Of a stretch of 64,000 nt of DNA, positions 10,051 through 23,910 are shown piece by piece. The DNA is from Epiperipatus broadwayi (lineage: Eukaryota; Animalia; Onychophora), in NCBI GenBank assembly GCA_028023455.1, contig JAQFVV010000004.1, forward strand, positions 16,244,001 to 16,308,000. The letters are read 5' to 3'. The position numbers and the translations under genes were made by a program. Position 1 is the stretch's first letter. Each line of letters starts with the position of its first letter. Under the pieces are notes generated by a model that was given only the letters and a program-made list of their open reading frames with translations, searched no databases and was not told where the DNA came from.

Positions 10051-12102
10051 TATTCATAAGTTTCAAGAATGTGTGTTAGAGTAAATATTTTTAGTATATA
10101 TATATTAGTAAATAGACAACTGTTTACTACTACATAAAATAGTATATTTTATTGTTATTTTATACAACCACTATGGCAATAAATTGAAAGCTATCTAAAG
10201 ACCAATTATGAATTATTATTTATTACTTTAACTACTTATAATGTGTTGGATGTAAAACACTAATAAGCATTTGTGTTTTGCATAAGGAGTTGTGGTGAGC
10301 TTTTTTCGTGTCCCTGCTCTCTGATTGGCTCTCAAACTCAATAAATTGATGAAACTTGCATGCCTTCAAAGTGATTGAAATAGCTTTTCGTTAATATAAT
10401 GTGAAGCATTGCATTCCCAATCCAATAAGTAAGTACTCTAGGCATTTGCCTGCATGGCTACCATCACTATAGTTTTGATTATATATATATATTGCATTAG
10501 TTGCATATAGAAAACGTTATTCTTTTTTTTATTTAAAAAAAAAAAAACTAATTTCCTTTTTTAATTTTATTTTTTTAGTAAAAATTTATGACTTGGGATT
10601 TTTTTTCTTTATCAAGAGAATTTTATTTCATTTTTTTTTTTTTTAAATGCAAATTTATTAAAGTCATATAATGATTTTAAACAATATGAAAAATAAATGT
10701 TTTAACTACTTGATAAACGATCAGAATGCATGAAATATCTGACATTATCATTATTTTTTAAATTAAAAAAAAAACAAACTACTTAGAATTAATAGGTTCA
10801 GTCTATTTTAAATTATTTCTTTTATTTTTAAAAAAGCGAGACTTTGGCCAAATACGAAACGCACAAATGTATATATAATTTTTTTTTTATGAGAGTTTTC
10901 GAAGGAAATTTATTTAACTGCAATTTTTTTCCTTCATTGTTAAAGACGTTAATACTGCTAGTTTTTAAAATACAGCGTACATATCTTGAAACAATACAAA
11001 TTTGAAAGCCACAACTTAGACAATAAGTAACATCATTGAATACCCATTCCCTTGATTTGTTTCTACCTAAATGTCTTTCTAGATTTAATAAACTAATCAA
11101 TGCATTGCTATTTAAGGCCCAATGATTTTATTATTGTGAAGGGTTTTTATTGAAAAGACAGATATCAAAAACGCTTATAAGTTAAATAGTTAAACAAGTA
11201 TTGATTATCTGTAAGGGCTTGTTCTTTATCTTCTTTAAAATTGCAAGTCGTTTGCAATATATCTTCTAAATTTACAATTTGTATTTATTTATAAAGGTAT
11301 TGAAGCTAAATATCACAATTGTAAGTTATATAAAGGAGTAATAAAATGGTTTATTGCTTAAAAGTTTATAAGAAGTTTGAACACCAGAAATAATAAAGCT
11401 GAGCCACAATCTATGGACTGTAGTTCTAAAATCTGCCACTCTATTCCTGAACTAAAGTATTCAGGAATAGTGTTGAATTTATATAGAGATGTATAAAACC
11501 GACACTTTTACTCATATATTTCTATCAGTAATAAATAGTTTATGCTATCAGAGAATTTATACAAAAAGTTGTATAATTAATTACCACATAATTCCTACAA
11601 ATTTTTTAAACCGATGCTTTTGTAGTGACTATAGTAAAGACATTCTACTATCAACTTCGGTGAATAAAAATATTGAATGATTTTTGGTAAAATGTTTATC
11701 AGAAAGATTTCATGTTAAGTAGATGGAAAGCAACGACAAATTAAATTATCATTGGATGATCAAGTATTATAGAAATTTAAATTTGTCATCAGTTTCAAAT
11801 AGAATATATATTTTTTCAAATTTTATTCTTATCTCAGTGCATCCTTCACCTTATCTTGATCATATCCATGAGCCCAGAAATCAGACCAACCTCTCACTCT
11901 TGTTTCATTTTTTTGAAACACGATTCACCTTTTTCAAGTGAGTAAGACATATATAGGTCATATAATTTTAGCTTTATATACACCTTTTTTTTGGATATAC
12001 TTTTAATTTTATACATGTATATTAATATATATATATATATTTCAAACTTCTATTTCATCACAATTTTCTAAAACATAACCAAGGACATAAGAAAAAGAGA
12101 AA

Positions 12103-12159
12103 TGATCTCCAAGATGTGCATTTCATGCTTAACCAGCACTAATCAGTTGGCCCAGATCA
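12103..12159 (-). ncRNA. Family A hammerhead motif, core mutated (CTGATTA)
   Basis: Sense TGATCT-GGG-CCAA-CTGATTA-G-TGCT-GGTTA-AGCA-T-GAAA-TGCACA-TC-TTGG-AGATCA. The distal helix I is TGATCT/AGATCA. Confidence 0.7.
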
Positions 12160-15100
12160 CAATCTCTTGCACATACTTTCACCATTTGTGTAATAGTAAA
12201 TATTAAATTGCACAGTCAAATGATGATAAGCAAAACAATCTATTGTCAGACAATATCCATAAGTAAAAATGGATTCCAATATATATTTCCAGATTTTGTT
12301 CTATCTAAGATCTTAATATAGATAAAGAAAGCTGTCACTTAGATTGTAATAGATTGGGAATTTTATTGTTTAAAAGGTTAAATAACCCCCATTAAACATG
12401 CATATTAATTTGTTTTGAAAGTAAATTAATAAATAATCATTTTTAAAACTTTCAAATCCTATTATTAGTCATTATTATTTAGATATTAAATGTTTAATTG
12501 CATGAAACAAAGTTTGTTTTAAATGTAAATCACATGGTAACAGTCAAAACCTATATTAACCATAGAACCTACATTTGTATGACTTAAATTTGAAACTATC
12601 TAGTTTTGTGTAATTTAAGATTTATACAATGTGATTATAAAGTTTTAAGATGATTGCTTAGTAATCTAATTTCAAAATAGGTTATATTGGTCTGCTAATA
12701 CAGTTTATTTAAACTTATAAGAAAATAAAACCTCATTATGTTATAGTCTAAGAGTGAAAGGTAGAATCCATCTCTTACCTACAGAAGTTGTCATGATAAC
12801 AGAGTGTAGATTTTATGATTTATGTAAGTTTTAGTTGTTATTATGTGATCTATATTTAAAATCCCTTGGCTTGTGCAATTTAATGTTTATTATTTAAATA
12901 ATAATGAATAGAAATGGGATTTGAAAGTTTTAAAAATGATTATTTATTAATCTTTCAAATCAGGTTGCTTAACCTCTTCGCTTGCAAAGCAGCCATATTG
13001 AATATTTAAAAAATTATGCTAAGCCACAAATTTTATCATAACTTTTAAGTTTTTATTAATAAAAAATGACATAATATATATTGTTTGAAAGGTCAAATAC
13101 CAAAGAATGTAATTAAGCTGAAAAAAATATAGTCTTTGATATTCAAAATAATAAAAAAAAGAATAAAGGTTAATATTTCTAATAATCATTTTCATATTAT
13201 TTCATAAATTCAAAATTATCATGCATATAACTTAAAATTATATTTTTGTTAGTAGGTTAATTGGATTCATCATAAAATTTCTAAAAAAATTAGCATATAA
13301 TAATACTAACCTAAGATAATACATCACTTGAAAACTTCATAGAATAAAGACATTAGTACCTTTCATTTTTCCTAGTAGCCTTTCAAAATGTATTTCCATA
13401 CAGGGGTTTGCAATGAATATCATCCCTAATAATATTTCGTATAACAAGTAGTTAATATTGATCAATATTTAGTATAATTTGAATATTATAATAAATAACT
13501 TCAATACAGTTTGTAATTTATTAAAAAGTACTACTAAAATAGTCACTATATACAAAATAAAATAATAAAATATAATAAAAAGTGAATGAAATACTAAATT
13601 TATTATAGAGTTAAGCTTGAGGTACATAAGTTTGTAGTTTAGAGTCAATGCGATGTAGTATTATTTATCCTATCTTTATAGATTTTGAGGGCTTACATTG
13701 TTTTATGCTATTATGACCATAAATTTAGTAATAGCTTCATCAACTGCCACTTCTCTTTGCATTTGATATGCAGCTTTGAAATTTACATTGCAGTAGTGTA
13801 TAATCGACCTAAGTTTATATACTGTCAAAATCTTTTAGCATTTGCATATTTTTATTATTATTAAAATGCAGACAAGACATTGTAGAAAAATGTAAATCGG
13901 GTCATAATATTTGCAAAATATGTTTATCTTTATCTTATATCACCTAATTCAAATACTGGATTCAAACCCACATCATAGCAAAAAATGCAGATAATTCACA
14001 ATATAAATGTACACAATCACAAGCTATTTTTTTATGTTAGTTTCAATAATAATTTTTTCATATATTTTTTATCAAATATAAATTCAAATAATAATTAAAA
14101 AATATACAAAAATAAAATAATAATTAAAAAAAATATAGAAAAATAAAAACTTACCATTAGGCTCCATAATCTTGTCTTCTAAATACACCAGTAAAAACTT
14201 TTATTTTTTCTGATGTATTTTTCACGTCTAATACTTTTCCATTAACTATCAAAAAATGAGAGAAAGATAAAAAAATTCAATTTACTTGATCATAAAAATT
14301 ATAATTTTTTTATTTTTTATCATAGAAAAATAAAACTTATATTTTTGGAAACTAGAAAGAAAGATGGAAACGAAGTGTAAAAAGCATATGCGTAGATTGC
14401 ATAAATTTCCGTTAATCTTAACCTGAATCCAGATGTTTATAATTTGAAAATTATTTCCCACTTTTATGAGCATATAAGTAAATGGGTTAAACTTATAGAA
14501 AGAGAAAAACCTCAATCTGTTACAGTATCAATGTCAGCTTTCTTTGTCCATATTAAGATCTTAGATTAGAATGAAAAGTGAAATCCATTGGAATCTTTTA
14601 CTTATAAAGGGCTTGATACCACATTATAGCATATGATTTATGTAGGCTTTTATAATAACGTAATATATATTGCAATAGTATAAAACAAATAACTAAATAA
14701 ATATCTTATCAAATTGTCTATAATGTCAGATGACAAATTGTAATAGTATTAAATAAAAATAAATCAATAATTCAAACAAATTAATTTACCTAACACCCTG
14801 GATGCCAAAAATTTAATAGAATAAATAATTATTTTAGTTTAATCAGATAGTGATTAACAAAATATTAACTTAACATTTACTAATGATTTAGTCACTGTAA
14901 TAGCAAAATATAACTAATGAACTGTTCTTAGAGTAATTATTATCATGCCATGTGATATAGCACCAAAATGTAATGTAGCATTCTAGGATTTCCACCAGAA
15001 GAGGGATGAATGCATCTCACTACAGTCGGACATAAGATCTTCAGGTAGGATGCTGTGAATGATGCAATGAAGTACCTAACCTATGATTATATTTACCACC

Positions 15101-16034
15101 AATGGGCTATTTCTAATTTACACATTAAATTTAGATACAATTTGGGCTATTTTATCCATGCCTCCCCCCTGTTTTGAATTTCATTATGCCTCAGTATTCA
15201 AACTCGAAGAAATTTGCCTTCAGCTCTTCAGCGGTGAATTTATACTAGATAGCAATTACCGCACCTCTATACAGGTTCCAATTGATTTAAAGATCCATCC
15301 ATTATCATATAAGAGTAAAATGTGGAGGGGGTATATATATCTGGTTATACGTTGATGAGTGAATGTATAAATGATTTTGATAAACTAAAGACCATTTTAA
15401 TGAAAATCAAGTTAACAATGTTTATTGAATAACAAAATAAAAATCCAAAACTTTTAAACATGATAAAATAATATAATTATAAGTGTCAAGAATGTCATGT
15501 CAGTGATCAAATATTTTCATTATTTCAACCTGGCTCTGATTATTTAGAAAGTAAATTAAAAAAATTTTTTTATTAAATTTACCGTGAATCTAAACTAATT
15601 TATAATATACAAGTATATCCATAATAGCCTCATCATCCAATTCCAGTTATTGCTGTTCCATTTTTGGGGGGACCTCTCTCTATATACAATTCCCTACAGT
15701 TAATAGGAAAGAGCATCCACACAAGAAGATTAGTCATTTATACCAAAGAAAAATAAAGATAAACAATTGTTATTTAACAAAAAAATAACAAACTCTCCTG
15801 TAGTAGTGTATGTGCTTAATATGAAATAGTATAAAAAATCTTACCTCATTCCATATCATAATGATGATCTGATATCAAGTCACTCTGGAAGGAAAGCTGA
15901 CCTAAACTTTATTTAACATAAAAAAAATTTTTTTGTCTAACTTAATAAATCCCCCCCCCTTTACTTTCTTTTTTTCAAGCATAATGGACTCTTCCAAGTT
16001 CTATGCATGTTTAAGCTACCGAGTATGGAGATAA

Positions 16035-16269
16035 AATAAAACTAGAATTTTATAAACAAATATAAAAATAATACATGATAAATCAAAATGTTCATTAGTT
16101 CATCTTGATTAATGTCCATAAGTTTAGCAATAATGTCTCTTATGGATACAGCCTATCTCTCTTTGAATCATCCTTCCTCAGTAAGCCATTCATCACCCAC
16201 TAGAATTCCTTGCCAATGCACTTGAAATGATGTTTCCATTTTCTGCAGTTGCTTTCCTTCTGGATCCAT
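16035..16269 (-). pseudogene. Decayed coding remnant with a weakly chromodomain-like segment
   Basis: MDPEGKQLQKMETSFQVHWQGILVGDEWLTEEG*FKER*AVSIRDIIAKL. FQVHWQG..DEWLTEE loosely resembles the Y.VKWKG..D.W..EE pattern. Two in-frame stops. Confidence 0.25.
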
Positions 16270-19171
16270 TTAGACATTTATTGTAGGATTTTTAGCAAGT
16301 TGATTAAATCATCACACTCCTATGGTAGGACTGTAGCAATCCAGCCCTATGGCAATATTAATTTAGCCAAAATACATTGCACAGCAGTTCATAATAGATT
16401 TAGTTTTTCTTAATTTACTATTTGGCATTTAATGGCTTATATAAAAAGAAGTTACTTCATCATTTATATATATATGCTAGCAATGTTTTACTTTTCTTTT
16501 CTCCGTGTTCAAATAATAACGCAGTTTTATTTTTAAATTTCAATTTAAAATCAGTTCAGTTCTTTTGTCAAACCATACAAATTTATCAAACTTTTCTCTG
16601 TTTAAATGTTGATTATAATTTCTTATAATTGTGCACTATGAAGATTATACGAATAATTTGGAATGTCCAAACAAGTCATCCATCTTCTCTTGGATTCAAA
16701 CATTCAATGTTCACAAATTGGCTTTGTACAGTTCATGTATCATTTGACAAATAACAAAAGACAATGGAAATGAACTGGATTGGCTTTTATACTCTGCTTA
16801 GTTTCCAGTGTTTAATATATGAGCATTTTTATTTCCTTTTCTTTGCTGTAGCTATTTATTATTGTGTGTATTATATTGATTGTAGTTAAAAAAACAAAAT
16901 TACATAATGGAATTCTACTTTTTATTTTCCATTCTTGGTTGCCTAATGATTGGCTTGACATTAGGTCATCATTATGTTTACTAAGTCTTTATTTATGATG
17001 TATAACACATTTATAAATAACTCATTGTTGGTCTATATACATATATGAAGGATTTCTTTAACTGTGTTTTCTCATTAAATAAGGGAAATTAGTTTATTGT
17101 GAGATTTGTTTAATTTAGTACTTAATAAAGCAAACAATAATCTCATATATATGTATGTATGTTTACAAAAAAATTGACAGCGTATATTCAACTATCTGTT
17201 AGTTAAGCTTATGTTTTAACTGGGTTTGATCTGGTGGTGTGGATAAATAAAGGCTGGTTCCAATAGGAATGTAAGCTACCCTTACAGTAATAATATAAAT
17301 AAATATTAATCAAACCTCGCATTTACAGTGCTAAATGTAATAATACGTATCTCTGATAAAAGGCCTTATTTAGACTTCACTTGGACTGTCAAGTATAAAG
17401 TTAATAAAATGAACAAAACATGCAAAATGTTTGTTTAACGTTCTGGATAGCTAATAATATAATATATAAATAATAATAAAAAATTATATACAGATTCTCT
17501 CAAAATTTGTATTAGTATTAAGTGTTAGTATTAGTATTAGTATTACTAATAATTAACAAAATAAGAATTTATTAATATAAACAATAACAACAACAAAAAA
17601 ATTAAATAGCAAATAAAGTATTCCTTGTTGAGTAATTTAATTCCGAATCAATTCCCTTTTAGCGAGTATATGTGTTACATGGCTTTATAAATGTAACGTG
17701 TATAGTAAGAAAAATTAAAAATAAAAAAATATTTATGCTAGCATAAATATTGCCAAATAAATACATGAAAAAATATTTTCAAAATTTAATGAGTATGTTT
17801 AATTTGTTTACTATTTTCTTTTCATAATAAGCATAAGCTTATTAATATACATTCCTAAAATATCATAATATATATGTTTATCAAATATATACTTTAATCA
17901 CTATCATCCATAAATATTTATACATAAAACTATTTCGTTTTTTTTTTTAAATATAAATGAAGAAAACAAAGGAATATATTTTTATTTAAATAATTAAAAT
18001 TATAATTAAAAATATATTGTTCTAGATTTTATTTATTATTTACTCTAACCTTTTCTTTTTGGTAATACTATATTTTTCTATATACTAAACAAACATATGC
18101 ATTCAAAACAAAAAAAAATGAATATAGAAAAAAAATTATATTATTTGTTTAATTTTTGCTTTTATATTCACAAAAATTGTCTATCAAATTATAACTCCAT
18201 GGAAATAATATTTATTATATACCAAACTATTAAGATTTATTCATATATTTTATATAAATACACACAATAATAATAATTTGCAGTTCAAAATCCTTTAGCG
18301 ATTCTGCTAAAATCCCTTGATGTTTCCTGTGATGTATAGGTAGATGTTGTATTTAAATGCAGACATATATTCCAATTTCATAGCATTCCAAAAATGTATC
18401 CATTTTGATGACATTTTTTGGTTGTTGTCATCCCCATATAATGCTTTATTTAGGAATCATAAACAGTGTTTGTCAAAATGTTTATATATTCCATGAATTA
18501 TATCATAACACTTAAGTTTAATATTTAACACAATGAGATGATTTTTATTAGCCATAATATCTATTATTAAGACTTTAAATAAAATTGGCATATATAATTC
18601 ATAAACTTTTACGTGGTTTAATTATTGAGACAAAAATTGAGAGAGAGCATCCAAACTAAGATCAGATGCTTAAATAGTTTTCTCCTAATGATGTCATATT
18701 TATGTCCTTACTCTAGATATTGTTTCTATGACATTTCATTTTGACAATTCTAGTTCAGCTCATTTCTAAGATCTTTTCAATTAAGAGGCACATCACCATT
18801 CCTTGACAATAAAATATTTTTTTAAAATCTTATAAAAAGAAATATAACAATATGTTTTAAAATAATATATATATTTTTTTATAAATCAAAAACACAAAAT
18901 ACCCTTTTAAAAATATATAAAATCATATTTTAAATAAAAATATAGAAGTACCGATATTCCTTTTTTTTTTCTAGTTCATATATTATAATTAATATTTTTA
19001 AATAACCAATATAAATAATTAAAATATTTCAGAATAACATTTTTTTAAAACATGATTTAAAACTATCAAAATATAAATGCATGCATATGCATACACATAC
19101 TCTAAATAATATTTTAATATCTTGTTTGTTTATATTTATATATTAATTTTCAAATGTATGCAGTAAATAAA

Positions 19172-19870
19172 ATATCACATGATCACCATTTCTTATGCTT
19201 GCTTGTAACTGTTATTAAAACAGGCAAAACTCTCCATACAGTATGCCACCCAGTGCAAGCCAGAGTAATCAATGGATGCCAGAAGGCTTGTGCAGAAAAT
19301 CTCTATCTAATGCCTACTCATCCAATATCCCCAGACTAGATTCTGGCACAAGCCTTCTGGCATCCATTGATTACTCTGGCTTGCACTGGGTGGCACTACT
19401 GTATGGAGAGTTTTGCCTATTTTAATAACAGTTATGAGCAAGCATAAGAAATAGTGATCATGTGATGTTTAGTGGTTTAATATCAATCCTGCCTAATAGG
19501 ATAGTGGTGGAAATGATTATTAAAGAACCAAAGACACCAAAATGTATGGTACTGAACTGAGTTCAGACCCATATGACTATATAAGCTAGATTGACAATAT
19601 TATTGTTTTTAATTTTATTCTCATAGTTTTGTAGTTAAGTAGAAGTAAAAGGTGTTTGCTGGAGGGTTGCATTAGATCCTAAGATCTAGGTACACAGCTC
19701 TTAGATCCAAAGCTCTTCACTGAGAAAGGCCACAGGCCAGAAACTAGTTTGGGGTATTGGATGAGTAGGAACTAGATAGGGATTTTATGCACAAGTCTTC
19801 TGGCATCCTTGATTATTCTGGCTTTCACTGAGTGGCACTACTGTATGGAGAGTTTTGCCTGTTTGAATAA
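19172..19870. mobile_element. Family B hammerhead retroelement: antisense arm plus about 1.2 sense monomers (period 443)
   Basis: 19172-about 19310 is the reverse complement of 19346-19468. GCACAAG..TGGAGAGTTTTGCCT repeats at 19346 and 19789. Candidate TSD AATAAAAT(A/G)TCA at 19166 and 19866. Confidence 0.85.
19705..19762 (+). ncRNA. Family B hammerhead motif (core CTGAGAA, probably inactive)
   Basis: ATCCAA-AGC-TCTTCA-CTGAGAA-A-GGCC-ACA-GGCC-A-GAAA-CTAG-TT-TGGGGT-A-TTGGAT. ACTAGT palindrome in helix III. Confidence 0.7.
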
Positions 19871-21828
19871 AATGTCAACAAATGTATTTATTAGTAGGTA
19901 TTTTATTTAATTATTGCCATTTTATAAAATCATTTAGATATTTATTAATATATTTCTAACATAATATATATATATATATGTTATTAAATTTATTATATTG
20001 TCCTAAGAATAAAATATTAATTTTAAATTTTTTTGCACCATTTGTTAAATTACATATGCCATTTTACATTATGAGATATTGTTAAAACTAACATCTAATA
20101 ATGAGATAAACTGTTTTGATTATTTTAAAAATAATTTAAAATTAAAATAAAAGAAATAAGCTGACAAAATTTTTATATGAGCAATGACACCAGTTTAAAT
20201 TCACATTTCAATATATATATATGTGTGTGTGTGTGTGTTGTGCGTGTGTATTATATTTTGATTTACACTTATCAATTTTTTTGCATTCACAACTTTGACA
20301 CTAATCACTTCATATAAATACATTATTGATTATTATTAATCCTTATTAAATTAGAGATTACCCTTATCCCAAATATAAACTCTAAATCTCAAATAAAAAT
20401 TAATAACTGTTTTTAATTATATACAATCACTTGGAACAATTTAAATTCATCTCTCTTCTTCAAGGTGTAATATCTTATTAAGAAACTTCTACTCTACCAC
20501 ATATTATTGAAACATAGGGATAAAGATATCTGAAAAAAGCAAATGGCCCCCAAAATGTAAATTATATATTGAACTGGAATTTATTAGTTAATTTACACAT
20601 CTTTATTATTTGATCACTATTTATTAATACCATTATTTGACATACAAATGTCACATTTTAGTTAGAAAAATGGGTATTAAATCATTCAATTTGCAAATCA
20701 GTTTAAATTAATTTTCAATATATCTTTATGGATTTAATGCTCCCTTCTCTAGCAGAGTTATTCATGATGATCCTATTAATCAATGCAGAAAGCAAATAAA
20801 GAGGTTGTAATCTTATTGCATAAAGTATTGATGCTGTGGTTAAAAAACAGATCAATTTTTTAAAACAATTGTTTTAAGAAAAATTTTCTTGGGCATTGTG
20901 TATATATATATATATTGTAATAGTACATGAGGGGGGCTTAAGCAGTAATAAGCTTCTAATTAGCAAATATATAAAATTTATATTATCAAGCCACACACTG
21001 GAGAAGATAAATATTATAATGGTGAATGAGTGATAAGCTAGCCTACACATTGGGAAGTTTTAACAGTGATGATGTGTGGGAGCCATGAGATGTAATAAAT
21101 ATGAAGTATCTAAATATGTAGAACACAGTCATCAATGTAATTTGAAGGGAAATAATACCTTTTATTGAACCCAAACTATATTCAAATAAAAAAAAATAAC
21201 TTGGGCAATAACCGATTTTAAATTTAGCCAAAATAAATAATATATACTTTGTATATTTTTAGTAAATGTCTTCTCTGAATGCATAAGTGTAATGTGTAAT
21301 ACTAATTTTTTCAAAGAAAGTCATGGCTAATACATACTCTAATTAATCTTTAAATAATAATCAAATTATTATTAAAATATTTCGGGGTAAAATAAATATA
21401 TGTGTCAAAGATCTATTTTTCTAAAATAAACTAATGATAAGTGATATAATCTAAAAAAAACAAAAACAAGTCCAATGTAATTAATAAATAAATTCAAGTT
21501 TTATTTACATTAATAACTTATAAAATGAATAATAAATAAGTACTGTATTTATTATTTTAAGAAATATAAATTATTTATTTATTATCTCTTGCTTCTTTGA
21601 AATAAGTTAAATATTTTACATAATCAGGCAAAATATCTGTGCTCTATATTAATCAACTATATCTAATCCTTCATAGAGTAATAACTAAAGTTGTGTATAT
21701 TTGTTTAAGCACAAAACTACTTTGTATTAAAATTAATTGTTTTTTAAAGTCAGTGAATTAATTCATTCAATTTCAATTTCGCTAAATATATCTGCATAAA
21801 AAACACAATAGTAGCAATTCATAATTTA

Positions 21829-22020
21829 ATACACTGTACAGGCGCACACACATCTGCACATATATAATGTACTATATAGGGGATTCGAACTCAGACTTTC
21901 ACATGACCCCCAACTATTGCTGACCCACACATGTTGAAAAGATAAATAATCACCAATATACGTATTTCATGCTAAACCAGCAGTCATCAGTTGGTCTAGA
22001 TTACTATTTTCACACATATA
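21829..22020 (-). mobile_element. Family A element, single antisense copy from the 3' end to just past the ribozyme (hammerhead 21952-21995)
   Basis: Sense ACCAA-CTGATGA-C-TGCT-GGTTT-AGCA-T-GAAA-TACGTA-TA-TTGGT. Downstream GAAAGTCTGAGTTCGAATCCCCTATAT matches the A subfamily at 25.8 and 49.7 kb. Confidence 0.8.
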
Positions 22021-23810
22021 TACACTTCCATATGCTATGCTGTATTTATTTAAATGGCTTAACTACAAAAAGATATTAATATACTTCTTTATCTGATATA
22101 ATGTAAGAGGAATTCTTTATCTCTTAAAAACAAATTCTACCCAAAGAGGGACACTATTTTTATGTAAAAATAAACTAATTATAATATCTTCAACTCTAAG
22201 GAACTGCCATTTTTCAAAGATCTTATTGTCTCATCATAAATATAGACTCATCTTCACCATTGAAAACATACCGTGCATTGACTAAAAGTAAGTTATCATT
22301 AGAATAGAAGTTTATTTCAGTACAATCTTGTTAAATTCATTTTCCATTTACGCATAGATTAATTATTTCACACATAAAAATAAAATGTAGTTATAAGCAG
22401 TATAGATGTATATCACTAAACAAACTTTACCTGTCTGTTACACTTGTATGACCTGGAGAAATGCTGAAATATATTTTTAAAGAAAATGATAGTAAATTAT
22501 ATAAATTTGGCATACACAAATTATTCTCTTTTTGTTCAAAAAAAAATTACATTAATGTTATGTTAATAACATAAATAAAGTTTATGAGTTGATTCCGAAT
22601 TCTTGTTCCACAGTGATCCATGAAGATAAAGAAGTATGGCATAAATCGCAAAGGAGAATTGATTACCAAATATACATGATGATAAAATTCTATAGTCTAT
22701 TGTTCATATATAATAAAACAAGAATCTGATGTAAAACAATTAGTAGCTTTTTCTCCAAAAACTTTTAGTAAATGCTATTGCAGTAAACATTTTAAAATAG
22801 TTTCTTCTTAGAATAATTATTAGATTGATGTTTTCTTTTATGCCAAATGGGAAAAGGCAGTGATTGTTCTGCAAGTTCACAGTCCATCAAACAAAATTTT
22901 AGTTCTCGGCAGCCATTAAGTTTTCATACATAAAATTTTGAATAAAGACCCCTGAAGATGACAATGTAGCAATAGAAGTAGAAGTAACATTTTCAAATGC
23001 ATTGTCTTATAAGTTTTTATTTACATAAAATATTATCATGGCATTTTTAGAATATATGATTTACCTCAGATATCATGCTTCATGTTGTATATTGCTTTAT
23101 GCGAATACATGCACACACACTATGTTCTTACTTTTGAACATCTATGTTTAGATGCACATTATAATTCTAGCAAAAATATTATATATATAATTTTTTAAAC
23201 TAAAATCATCTTAAATATGTTCATATTTATTTAAAGTTAATAATGCATTTCTCCATTATTTAAAGATATAAAGAAAACATTCATGTGCACACATTCAATT
23301 ATTATTATTACTATATTGAGTGTTAATAAAGTATGAACCTATGATATATTTTATTTATTTATGTCATTCCAATTACTCATATAAAATATGTCTCGATATT
23401 TGTAGGAGAAACAAAGTCACATTTTTTACAAGATAAAATTATAATTGTTTATAAATAAGTTTTCCCATGAATAATAAATTGTTGCAATAAATTTTTTAAA
23501 TATAATACTACCATAATATAACAATGTAAATGGATTTAGGTAATTGATTGAAAATATAGAATTTGTCTGTAAAATTGCTTTATAGCAAGCTAATATATAT
23601 ATTTTTAAAGCCTACACAAAAATCTATTACTATATATTTATATACTCTTTATGGATAAATCTTTAATAATTTAAATATTTGTACTATTGGAAAAGAAAAA
23701 AAAATCATTTGCAGGTGGGCATTTTTTCTTGGCTTAATCTCCATTTTATTATACACCAATCTATTCAGCATTATGGTAGTAGCAAAAATAGAATAAAATA
23801 TCTAAATGTT

Positions 23811-23910
23811 GTCAAGCGTTGGTGGTCGAGTGGTCAGCACAGCTGACTTACAAGCAGTTGTCCCAAATTCACTTCCCGGCCGATGCTTTGACACATGGAA
23901 AGAAAAAAAA
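23811..23910 (+). mobile_element. tRNA-Gly-derived SINE (anticodon position TAC)
   Basis: GTCAAGCGTTGGTGGTCGAGTGGTCAGCACAGCTGACTTACAAGCAGTTGTCCC...CCCGGCCGATGCTTTGACACATGG followed by an A-rich tail. Degenerate TSD AAAA.ATC.AAATGT. Confidence 0.85.

Noticed and set aside
14990-15060. Hammerhead-like CCTGAAGA...GAGATGCAT on the minus strand
   Set aside because: GAGA instead of GAAA, a weak helix II and no helix I complementarity.
19154-19425. ORFs 19154..19339, 19243..19425 and 60983..61213; an endless ORF in family B
   Set aside because: These are antisense reads of family B. A TAG (A(G/A)A TCT TAG) is conserved in that frame in three copies, so family B is not stop-free.
22950-22990. CCCTGAAGATGAC... 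and ACCTGAAGATGTG..CACAGAAG (31858) as hammerheads
   Set aside because: GAAA is missing and no helix I or III pairing can be drawn. Similar lone cores at 24777, 27501, 47943 and 49507 fail the same test.
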